A stretch of DNA of 64,000 bases. It comes from Deltaproteobacteria bacterium (GTDB taxonomy: Bacteria > Desulfobacterota > Desulfarculia > Adiutricales > JAFDHD01). The notes beneath the pieces were generated by a model, which did not search any database, was not told the DNA's origin, and was given only the letters and a program-made list of their open reading frames with translations. The stretch covers positions 4,524 through 68,523 of the forward strand of contig JAFDHD010000009.1 in NCBI GenBank assembly GCA_019308995.1, read 5' to 3'. This document shows positions 1 to 9,434 of this stretch, piece by piece. Position 1 is the first letter of the stretch, and each line of letters starts with the position of its first letter. The position numbers and the translations under genes are program-made.

Positions 1-1
1 T

Positions 2-418
2 CTGCGCCAGCTTCACCGGGAGTGGGGTGACCGGCTGGACCCCTATTTTATTATGGGCCAGGAGGCCTTCATGGAAATAACCATCTGGAGGGAGTACCAA
101 AGGCTCTTTGACCTGGCTCATATGGTCGTTATCAGCCGACCTGAATACGCTCCCGATGAGGTCGGCCGGTTACTCAAGGAGAAGGTCTCCCCGCATTTTA
201 TCTGGAATCCCGAACTTAAAGCTTTTGCCTGCCTTGAGAAACGGCACGTCTATTATCGGGACGTCACCCGGCTTGATATTTCTTCGACCGATATTCGGGC
301 GCGGCTGGCCCGGGGGGAATCCATCCGCTACCTGGTTCCAGACCAGGTACGGGAATATATTGAAACCAACGGACTCTACCAGGAGGAGGCGACAGCCAGA
401 ACAGGACAAACGACGTGA
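2..418 (+). CDS. nadD: nicotinate-nucleotide adenylyltransferase, C-terminal part (5' end lies outside the window)
   Basis: The frame is open from position 2. It shows YFIMGQEAF and [21 protein letters not shown], typical of NadD, and rsfS follows immediately as in many bacteria. Confidence 0.85.
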   Translation: MRQLHREWGDRLDPYFIMGQEAFMEITIWREYQRLFDLAHMVVISRPEYAPDEVGRLLKEKVSPHFIWNPELKAFACLEKRHVYYRDVTRLDISSTDIRARLARGESIRYLVPDQVREYIETNGLYQEEATARTGQTT

Positions 419-819
419 ATGACTCCACCCGTAACAAGGCCGAGCTTATCATTGCCGCGGCCAGGGAGACCAAGGCCTTTGATCCGGTTTTACTGAAAGT
501 TGATCAAATTTCCTCGATCGCCGATTACTTCTTCATCTGCTCCGGCCGCTCCAGCCGTCAGGTCCAGGCCATTGCGGGTCATATCCTCGAAGAGGTCAAA
601 AAAAAAGGCGGCCATGTTCCGCTCGGCGCAGAAGGCAAGTCAGAAGGCCGCTGGGTCCTGATTGACTTTGGAGAGGTCATCGTTCATGTCTTCTACCACT
701 CAGTTCGTGAATTCTATGACCTGGAAGGACTGTGGGTCGAGGCTGAATCCATAGAGCTGAACCAGGAAAAAAGGAATGAGCGCCAGTCCGCTTCATCCCT
801 GGCTGACCAGGATGATTGA
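415..819 (+). CDS. rsfS: ribosomal silencing factor RsfS (iojap-like)
   Basis: GTG start overlaps the nadD stop (GTGA). [19 protein letters not shown] and [14 protein letters not shown] are RsfS hallmarks. Confidence 0.85.
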   Translation: MNDSTRNKAELIIAAARETKAFDPVLLKVDQISSIADYFFICSGRSSRQVQAIAGHILEEVKKKGGHVPLGAEGKSEGRWVLIDFGEVIVHVFYHSVREFYDLEGLWVEAESIELNQEKRNERQSASSLADQDD

Positions 820-822
820 GCC

Positions 823-2280
823 ATGCCTTCTCGGGCCAGAAAATTTCAGCCGACAATAGTCCTCCTCATCCTGACCTGCCTGATCCTTCTCTTTCTACCT
901 CACCCGGCATCCGGCCTTACCTATGATGAAGAACGGGAACTAGGCCAGAAGTTTTTTGATTACATAAGAAAAAATATGAAGCTCATTAACGACCCGGACA
1001 TTGTAAGCTACATCAATGGATTGGGTCGCAAGATACTGAAAGGAGCCGGGCCTCAACCTTTTGAGTATCGGTTTTTCGTCATTGATCAGGAGGCTGTCAA
1101 TGCCTTTGCCGCCCCGGCCGGATACGTCTTCATCAATACCGGTCTAATTATGGCCTTTAAATCCGAGGGAGAGCTGGCCGCCACCCTGGCCCACGAAATC
1201 GCCCATGTGACCAGCCGCCACATAGCCGAACGCCTGCTGCAATCCCAGAAGCTTACCCTGGCCACCTTAGGCGCAATCATGGCCGGTATATTCATCGGCG
1301 GTCAGGTCGGCCCGGCCATAGTCATCGGTTCGACTGCCGCGAGCATGCAGATGGCATTGAAATACAGCCGGGCGGATGAGGCCGAAGCAGACCATAAGGC
1401 CCTGGAATACCTGATTCAGGCCGGGTATAACCCCAAGTTCCTGCCTGAATCCTTTCACGCCCTGCTGCGCACCCAGTGGCAGGCGCCTTCGGACATCCCG
1501 ACGTACCTCAGCACCCACCCCTCGCTGGCCGAACGCATATCATCTGTGGAAATAATGGTGGCCTCTCACCGTGAATACGGAAAGGTCAAAGGCCGGGGAG
1601 ACGAGCGAGCCTTTGAGGCGGCCAAGGCTAAAATCATGGCCCGGTACGGCGATCAGCTCCGCGCTTACAACTACTTCCAGGACCTGCTCAAGCAAGACCT
1701 GACCACCGGCCTGGCGCATTATGGCCTGGCACTGCTTTATCAGAAACAGCAAAAAATTGATCTGGCTGTCCGTGAATTTAAGCTGGCCTTGAAGGAAGAA
1801 CCGGCCAATGCGGAGATTCTGACGGACCTTGGGGCCCTGCTTTTCCAAAACGGAGACTACCAGGGCGCCCTGGATGCTCTAGGCCAGGCCATCATCCTGA
1901 AGCCTCAATCCATCCGTCCCCTTTTTTTTCTGGCGCGTACCTATCAGGAACAGGGACGCCTTGAGCAGTCCAAGGAACTCTTCCTCAGGTTGCTGGTCCA
2001 GGAGCCCAATCATGCGCAGGGCTTTTATAACCTTGGCTTGGTATACGGCCGCCTCAATGATTTCGCCAAGGCACATTTGAATACCGGCCTTTATTTCAAG
2101 GTCACAGACAAACCCTCCAAGGCCCTTTATCATCTCAATAAAGCCCGGGAATACGCCTCAGCAGAGTCACCGCAGCTCAAGCAGCGCATCGAGCAGGCCA
2201 TTGAAGAAATCAAAGGTGAAAAAAAAAGAAGGGCTAAACATCCAAACAATTCTTCACAAACTGGTCGGAAGAGATTTTAG
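823..2280 (+). CDS. M48 family zinc metallopeptidase with C-terminal TPR repeats (BepA/YfgC-like), with an N-terminal signal or TM segment
   Basis: HEIAHV (HExxH) motif, a hydrophobic N-terminus, and a TPR-like C-terminal half. Confidence 0.75.
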   Translation: MPSRARKFQPTIVLLILTCLILLFLPHPASGLTYDEERELGQKFFDYIRKNMKLINDPDIVSYINGLGRKILKGAGPQPFEYRFFVIDQEAVNAFAAPAGYVFINTGLIMAFKSEGELAATLAHEIAHVTSRHIAERLLQSQKLTLATLGAIMAGIFIGGQVGPAIVIGSTAASMQMALKYSRADEAEADHKALEYLIQAGYNPKFLPESFHALLRTQWQAPSDIPTYLSTHPSLAERISSVEIMVASHREYGKVKGRGDERAFEAAKAKIMARYGDQLRAYNYFQDLLKQDLTTGLAHYGLALLYQKQQKIDLAVREFKLALKEEPANAEILTDLGALLFQNGDYQGALDALGQAIILKPQSIRPLFFLARTYQEQGRLEQSKELFLRLLVQEPNHAQGFYNLGLVYGRLNDFAKAHLNTGLYFKVTDKPSKALYHLNKAREYASAESPQLKQRIEQAIEEIKGEKKRRAKHPNNSSQTGRKRF

Positions 2281-2282
2281 AG

Positions 2283-2448
2283 CGAATGGCAAAAATACGC
2301 TTCGATTAAAAAGGGCTGAGGTTGCTTTGTCACTTCGCTCCTCGCAATGACATTTTATAATAATATCAATAGGATGTCATTGCGAGGAGCGAAGTAATCT
2401 CGATCTTGATACTCTTGTATTCATTCAAACGGAACATAATTTTGACAA
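2283..2448. repeat. MITE-like palindromic intergenic element, copy A (imperfect terminal inverted repeats plus a central perfect hairpin)
   Basis: The left end CGAATGGCAAAAATACGCTTCG matches the reverse complement of the right end TTGTCAAAATTATGTTCCGTT at about 16 of 23 positions. The terminal motif recurs at 15126-15146 and 60865-60876. Confidence 0.35.
2332..2395. repeat. perfect 22-bp inverted repeat (hairpin with a 20-nt AT-rich loop)
   Basis: ACTTCGCTCCTCGCAATGACAT (2332-2353) is the exact reverse complement of ATGTCATTGCGAGGAGCGAAGT (2374-2395). Confidence 0.9.
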
Positions 2449-2463
2449 CCACTATAAACCGGG

Positions 2464-2502
2464 AAAAAGCCGGAGGCGCAAGTAAACCGCTTCCGGCTTT
2501 TT
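2464..2502. terminator. bidirectional intrinsic terminator between convergent genes
   Basis: AAAAAGCCGGAGG...CTTCCGGCTTTTT is a GC stem with one bulge, flanked by an A-run on the left and a T-run on the right. Confidence 0.6.
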
Positions 2503-2521
2503 CGCTGGGGAGCATCAATTC

Positions 2522-3634
2522 CTATCCAAGAAATTTCTTGGGTAGGTTTGCCAGAACTTCTTCCGCTTCTTTCATGATGCTCTGAACCATGTCCTCTACC
2601 GTCGGCATGTTGTTGATTCGTTGAGCAACCTCGCCGCCGGCCATGAGGGCCTTTTCCTTGTTGCCCTCATATGTAGCTTTGATCGACTCGATCTCGAAAT
2701 CGATCAGCGACATATCAACATTACTGTAATCATCGGGTGTGCCCAGGAAAACGCCGGGCGACTTTTGAAGGGTATTCTTGGCGTGCTCCTCGCTCCGGGA
2801 GTTTCTCAACCATCGGGCCGGTCCGACAAAACCACGGGCTACAAGGGTTCCCCGGTCTCCGGCCTCCACAACCGCCTCCTTCCAAATCGGGTGGAAATCA
2901 CTTTCCTGTGTTGCGAGGAAGCGTGTTCCCATCAGCACCCCATCGGCGCCCAAAGCCAGGGCGGCAACCAGGGTCTTGCCATCGGAAAATCCTCCTCCGC
3001 CCAGCACGAGGGTTTTCTCATCGGATACAGCTTCGACCACGGCGGGAAGGAGCACCATGGAGTGGAGCGGTTCCCAGTGCGTATGGAAGCCGCCTTCATG
3101 GCCTGAGGCCACGACCACATCTACGCCCGCCTTCTTGCAGCGCAAAGCGGTTTTGGCGGAAGGAACTATGTGAATCCAGGTGAACCCGGCCCCTTTGATC
3201 TTGTCTCCCCAACCCATCGGATCGCCGGCAGAGGTATACATCACCTTGAGGTTGTTTTTCATGTCAGGATTTTCCTCCCGCACCTTTATGGCTGTTTCAA
3301 TCATGACATTTGCCTGCATTTTGAGTTCCGCCGACACCATGACGTTAGGACCGAAGACGCCACCCTTGTCCTTGACCAGACGATAGGTGCGCTTCAGGAC
3401 CTTTCCGAGCGCCGTACCCATATCGTCGTCCCGGTCCGCCTCGCCGCTGTCGCAAAACGCGTTATAGACCCAAGGCTGGTCTTTTTTGTTGAAAAGACCG
3501 CTGGTGGAAAGCAGTCCAAGCACGCCTGCATTGGCTGCGGCAACACAAAGATTGTTATTGCTAAAAGGGCCCATGCCCGCTTGGATGATGGGATATTTGA
3601 TCCCGATCAGATCACACAGTCTTGATTTAATCAT
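2522..3634 (-). CDS. nitronate monooxygenase / FabK-like FMN-dependent oxidoreductase (NMO family)
   Basis: IKYPIIQAGMGPFS at the N-terminus, and GGGGFSDG...GADGVLMGTRF as an FMN/TIM-barrel signature. Confidence 0.7.
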   Translation of the reverse strand: MIKSRLCDLIGIKYPIIQAGMGPFSNNNLCVAAANAGVLGLLSTSGLFNKKDQPWVYNAFCDSGEADRDDDMGTALGKVLKRTYRLVKDKGGVFGPNVMVSAELKMQANVMIETAIKVREENPDMKNNLKVMYTSAGDPMGWGDKIKGAGFTWIHIVPSAKTALRCKKAGVDVVVASGHEGGFHTHWEPLHSMVLLPAVVEAVSDEKTLVLGGGGFSDGKTLVAALALGADGVLMGTRFLATQESDFHPIWKEAVVEAGDRGTLVARGFVGPARWLRNSRSEEHAKNTLQKSPGVFLGTPDDYSNVDMSLIDFEIESIKATYEGNKEKALMAGGEVAQRINNMPTVEDMVQSIMKEAEEVLANLPKKFLG

Positions 3635-3659
3635 TCAAAAACCTCCAGTTGGTATAGTA

Positions 3660-4305
3660 ACTCAAATTATGCGGCAATGGCCGCAATTTCCGTTTTTCAA
3701 GCCCTCTGACTCCATTTTTTCCTGTTGAACAGGTCCTGTTCTGGGCCGGAAGGCCTGTGACTCATCCACAAAAGACGATTTCTTGCCAATTTCTCTGAAA
3801 ATCTTATGTTTCCCCAATTTGCGGACATAGTAATCCCTCGGTTTCCCCCGGTCAAGAAAAAAACCAGTCAACCATAATCCAGCACCGCTTGGTAGTGGTA
3901 GCGAAGCGGGAAGGCTGAGGCGACATGCACCCACCAGTAGTGGCAACTGGTCTTGTCCCAACGCAGGGTGTTCTTGCCTTCCTTGATTCTGTTCTCCACG
4001 TTCGCCCTACCATGGTAACCGGCCAATGCGTCGCACTCACCCGTGAAAGCAAAGATGGGGTGAAAAAACTCTTCCCTGAAATGGCCGTTATACTCGCAGC
4101 CCTCCTGTTTCCCATAAGTCTGATCATCCGTGGAATCCACGTCCAGAATAAAACGGTATTTCCATTTCTTCTTAATCAAAGCGTCGGCGGACCGCAAAAT
4201 GGCTTCATCCAAGGCTTTCAGGCCTTCGGCATTACCCAGGACGTCATTCTCCAAGCGGGAGAGCACGGACTGGCTGGCTGACATAAGGATCGGGGCTTGT
4301 TCCAA
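3660..4305 (-). pseudogene. IS1380-family (DDE) transposase remnant, internally deleted and frame-broken
   Basis: The ORF 3868..4305 reads FILDVDSTDDQTYGKQEGCEYNGHF..HPIFAF, then jumps directly to ENRIKEGKNTLRWDKTSCH. These segments lie hundreds of residues apart in intact IS1380 transposases. Downstream pieces fall in other frames. Confidence 0.6.
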
Positions 4306-4600
4306 GTACAGATTGGTTATCAGAGACCCACGGCCCTATCGTTTTAGTGTAAAAACTTCTTGGGTCCCATAAACGACTATCCGAGCCTTCACCTTTTTGA
4401 AGACAAAGAGCGTCTAAAGAATGATCAGTCAATTTCCCCAGAAGTTGGGTGGGTAAACAGTAACGAATCGAAACGTAACTGCTATTTACGAGGGTAACAA
4501 TATCTTCACAAGCTGAAGGCGAAGGAGATTCGTCTAGAACTTGCTTCCATAATTTATCAAACAGTATTCGGGCCTTGCCTGGGTTGGGTGAAATAGTATG
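4244..4600 (-). pseudogene. start-less open frame (118 codons) fused upstream of the IS remnant; origin unknown, possibly restriction-endonuclease-like
   Basis: The frame opens right after a TAA at 4601-4603 with no start codon or SD at its 5' end, and the first ATG is at 4432. The sequence ...LLGKLTDHSLDALCLQKGEGSDSRLWDPRSFYTKTIGPWV...LGTSPDPYVSQP reminds me of type II restriction enzyme families, but this is unverified. Confidence 0.3.
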
Positions 4601-5216
4601 TTAAACCATTTATAAAACTTGAGTTTTATTGGTTTAAAATTCATCCAAAGACACTCCTGTTTGATGCCTTTCGAAGAATTGCAGATTTTTAAGGGACCAC
4701 CTTATATTCTGTTCCAATCAAAATAAAGTTCATCTTGAATTAACCATCATTGATTTGCAACTCCGTTTATTTCTGTTTCAAGTAATTATATTTCATTTAA
4801 GTGATACAATCCCTTATTTAATTGCCAAGCATAGTGTTCAGTGCCTACACTAAGTTAACCCCCCCTTACTCCTCCACCTTCACCAACTCCCTGGGACGAA
4901 CCAAATGACCTAACCGATGATGCGAATCTCACTGATATGGGTTTCTTCGGGCGAGTACGGCCCGGTTGTCACTGATTTCCTTTCCGCATTCTTTGCGGTT
5001 TATCAAGGTCATAGTTCACCAGGGAAGTGAAAAAGGCTAATTATTACGTTAATATAATTTTCATAGCTGATACAAGGGAAAAGGTATCCAGGCAACACCC
5101 TGAATACCTTCAACCCTGTTAAATAAGGCTGACTACAGAAGTAAAGTTGTCAGGGCCAATGCCTTATAAACCCTGGCCGAGCTGGCCGGGAAGGATGATT
5201 CTCTTCCCCAGGCCCC

Positions 5217-5843
5217 CTACTCCTTCTTTTTAACGACTACGGTGATTTCATCCTTCAGGGCGTTGGCAAACTTCTCAGCGTCCGCTTCGGAACCGACAAT
5301 GGCCCCATAGTGCATCGGCACGGCGATCTTGGGCTTGATGGTCCGCGCCGCCTCAACACCCTGGTCGGCGTCCATGACATACGTCCCGGACACGGGGATC
5401 AGGGCGATGTCCACCTCGAGGCCCTGCATCTCCGGGATCAAGTCCGCGTCACCGGTGTGGTAAATCTTGACCCCGTCCAGCTCGACGATAAAGCCCAGCC
5501 AGTTATTGGCCTGAGGATGAAAATCTTTATCAACATTGTAAGAAGGCAGCGCCTGGACCTTGACTCCGGCCACCTCGGTGCTCTCCCCGGGTTTTAAGAC
5601 CTTGACATTTCCGGACAGCTTTTTGGCTGAATCCGGCTCCGTAATGACCACCGTGTCGTCCTTGGTTATCTTGGCGACATCTTCCGGCGAACAGTGGTCG
5701 AAGTGCTCATGGGTGATGAAAATCAGATCGGCTTTAGGGCCGCCGCTGATCTGAAAAGGATCGAAATAGACGACCTTGGAGCCAGCCACGTAAAAGCCGT
5801 CGTGTCCCAGCCAGTGGATGTTTTCAATCATTTTTTCTGGCAT
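5217..5843 (-). CDS. MBL-fold metallo-hydrolase
   Basis: HEHFDH (HxHxDH) motif and a beta-lactamase-fold length of about 208 aa. Confidence 0.75.
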   Translation of the reverse strand: MPEKMIENIHWLGHDGFYVAGSKVVYFDPFQISGGPKADLIFITHEHFDHCSPEDVAKITKDDTVVITEPDSAKKLSGNVKVLKPGESTEVAGVKVQALPSYNVDKDFHPQANNWLGFIVELDGVKIYHTGDADLIPEMQGLEVDIALIPVSGTYVMDADQGVEAARTIKPKIAVPMHYGAIVGSEADAEKFANALKDEITVVVKKKE

Positions 5844-6008
5844 CTTACCCTCCTGTCTGTGGTTACCTCCGAACTGCTCGTGAGGCCTCGGTTGGGTGAC
5901 GAAAAGACGCGCCTCAGTCCCGATTTCAGCCTCGGTTTCTTAACCGCACAAAATGCTTCTGCTTAAGATTTTAGCTCCTGACAACCCTTTTTATCAAGCC
6001 AGGCCAAC

Positions 6009-6539
6009 TCAATCGGAAAAGAGCCGCCTGAACTCCGCCGCAAAGACATCAAAGCTCTCCTGACCATAAAGGCAAAACACGACTTTGTCCAAAGTGGTCT
6101 GCCTTTCCAGGTATCCCTTGACCGCACCGAGCATGATCTTGGCGGCGCGGTCCACGGGAAAGCCGAAGATGCCGGTGCTAATAGCCGGGAAAGCAATGCT
6201 CTTCATGCCTTTTTCATCCGCACGTTTTAGACTGTTCAGCGTGGCCTGTTCCAGTTTATGATCTTCATCACCTTCGCCCATGCGCGGACCAACGGCGTGA
6301 ATGACGTACTTGGCCTTGAGGTCGCCTCCCCCAGTGACAACCGCGCCCCCGACATATGTGCCGCCAATCTTGTCGCACTCTTCCTGGATGGACGGCCCGC
6401 CCTTGGTGCGGACGGCTCCGGCAACTCCGCCTCCCAGGATTAGGCTGGCATTGGCCGCGTTGACAATCGCCTCGGTGTCCATTTCAGTGATATCGTCTTG
6501 AGTAAGCTCCAGCTCGGTTTGGTTGACTTTAGCCTTCAT
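6009..6539 (-). CDS. macro domain protein (O-acetyl-ADP-ribose deacetylase / ADP-ribose binding, YmdB-like)
   Basis: AIVNAANASLILGGGVAGAV and AFPAISTGIFGFP motifs. The ATG at 6539 has the SD GAGGGTGA upstream, and the alternative GTG at 6548 overlaps the upstream stop. Confidence 0.8.
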   Translation of the reverse strand: MKAKVNQTELELTQDDITEMDTEAIVNAANASLILGGGVAGAVRTKGGPSIQEECDKIGGTYVGGAVVTGGGDLKAKYVIHAVGPRMGEGDEDHKLEQATLNSLKRADEKGMKSIAFPAISTGIFGFPVDRAAKIMLGAVKGYLERQTTLDKVVFCLYGQESFDVFAAEFRRLFSD

Positions 6540-6544
6540 GGCTT

Positions 6545-7921
6545 TCACCCTCTTTTTGTCTTGAACTTTTTATCGGGCCTTATCCGCGGACTAAAATACT
6601 GGATCATACAATCACGGACAAGGGCGTACGCCCTGACACCCAGCTTATCGCGGTAATGAACCACCAGGACCGCCAGGGCAATCCTGTCGGTCGTTCCTTT
6701 TCTCCGGGCAAAGGAGACGAACCAATCCACCTTCCGGTCCAGGTCGTCGTTGATGCTCCCGGATTTACCTCCGATTTCCAGCCTGGACAGTACCGGGTGA
6801 TAATTTACATCTTTAAATGATTGGTGAGCCGTGCCTTTGGTGATGGTGGCCTGCATCATTTTCCTCATTTCCCGAACGGTCTGACTAGAGATGACCCGCT
6901 TCATGAGTACAGGCTGGTGGCGGTAGTAGATGTTATTATCCTGGTCAAAGACCTCCCTGACTATGGTTGGCTCCATAATAAGACCGTTATTGACGATGGC
7001 GGCGGCGAGCATGGCCCCGTGAAGAGGCGAAAGCATGGTGGTGCGGTTAAAACCTGAAGCAATCTCAGCCAGCCGGAAGTAGTCCTCATCAGGCAGACTG
7101 AACCGGCTCGGTTCAACCGGCATCTCGAAATGAATGGGCTGGTTGAAATAAAACCGCCGGGCGAACTCCTCCAGGGTTTCGGGCCCAAGGGTAAAAGCCC
7201 CCAGCTTTCCGAAAACGATGTTGATGCTTTGGGCAAAGCTTTCCTTGAGTGTGACCTGATGCCGCCCGCTTCGAACGTCGGGTTTGAGGTTCTGACGGTA
7301 CAGGGTGTGCTTGCGGCCGTCATAAGCCAAGGTAGAACCGGAGGTCAGACTCCTCGCCTCCACCGCGGCGGCCGCGGTGATGATCTTGAACAGACTCGCC
7401 GCCGGAAAGGAACTCTGGAGGTTCAGGTTGACCGGTCGGTGGTCGGCATTATAGCTGGCCATGGTCAGAACATCCCCGTTGGCAGGGTTGAGGACCACCA
7501 GGGCCACCGAGTTGGCCCGGGCCCGGGGAATCGTGGACATGGCCCACCTCTGCAGCTCAGGAGCGAGCGTGGTGTGGACAAATAATTCACGGCCAGCCTC
7601 GTTCCTAATCCGAAAGGAGCGCAGTTCGTCAGGCCTGAAGGAATGAGGGCCGATCAGCTTGGCGAGGCGGTCCTTTGTCAGTTCCCCCTCCGGGACGGAA
7701 CTGGGGTCAATCTCCTGAAGGATAAGGACTTGCGGCGGGCTCTTCGATCTTTCAAAGCAGGTCAAAGAAAAGCGGCCGGTAAAGACGGCGCCGGCCGTAA
7801 AAATCGCTAAGCCTAAAATGGCGCAAAGGATTACAGCCCTGTATAAACCTTTACGAGGCTGAGGCCTTTTCAGAGTGCGTAAGGGTCGGTGCTGATTTAC
7901 ACGCCGGCTTTGCAAGTCCAT
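6545..7921 (-). CDS. penicillin-binding protein (class B-like transpeptidase) with an N-terminal membrane anchor
   Basis: SxxK (ASLFK), SxN (SIN) and KSG motifs occur in the correct order, and there is an N-terminal TM helix. Confidence 0.75.
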   Translation of the reverse strand: MDLQSRRVNQHRPLRTLKRPQPRKGLYRAVILCAILGLAIFTAGAVFTGRFSLTCFERSKSPPQVLILQEIDPSSVPEGELTKDRLAKLIGPHSFRPDELRSFRIRNEAGRELFVHTTLAPELQRWAMSTIPRARANSVALVVLNPANGDVLTMASYNADHRPVNLNLQSSFPAASLFKIITAAAAVEARSLTSGSTLAYDGRKHTLYRQNLKPDVRSGRHQVTLKESFAQSINIVFGKLGAFTLGPETLEEFARRFYFNQPIHFEMPVEPSRFSLPDEDYFRLAEIASGFNRTTMLSPLHGAMLAAAIVNNGLIMEPTIVREVFDQDNNIYYRHQPVLMKRVISSQTVREMRKMMQATITKGTAHQSFKDVNYHPVLSRLEIGGKSGSINDDLDRKVDWFVSFARRKGTTDRIALAVLVVHYRDKLGVRAYALVRDCMIQYFSPRIRPDKKFKTKRG

Positions 7922-7947
7922 GGTCTGATGGGTTTCGAGCGTTCTTT

Positions 7948-9228
<1,281 letters not shown>

Positions 9229-9434
9229 AGCCCCTCCACTTCGAAGGTAACTTTATGTAATTTGTCATTAAATATCACGATCCTGCCTGCCGGTCAATGA
9301 ATATATCCGCTCTCCCCGTTTCTGAAAACAATGCAGCCTCGGACTGAACCGCACCAGGCAGACCCGAAGGTTTGAATGCGGAGGAAAGGTTTTAACATGA
9401 GAAAACGGGAGTTGCCTTTGCTTTTCAGGCAGGT

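Noticed and set aside
2287-2301. Sigma-54 promoter-like TGGCA-N-GC elements, at TGGCAAAAATACGCT here and TGGCAAAATTATGTT at 15130-15144.
   Set aside because: The -12 element is off by one position in the first case and is GT instead of GC in the second. The third copy of the shared motif (60865) lacks the GG. The motif is better explained as the end of a repeated element.
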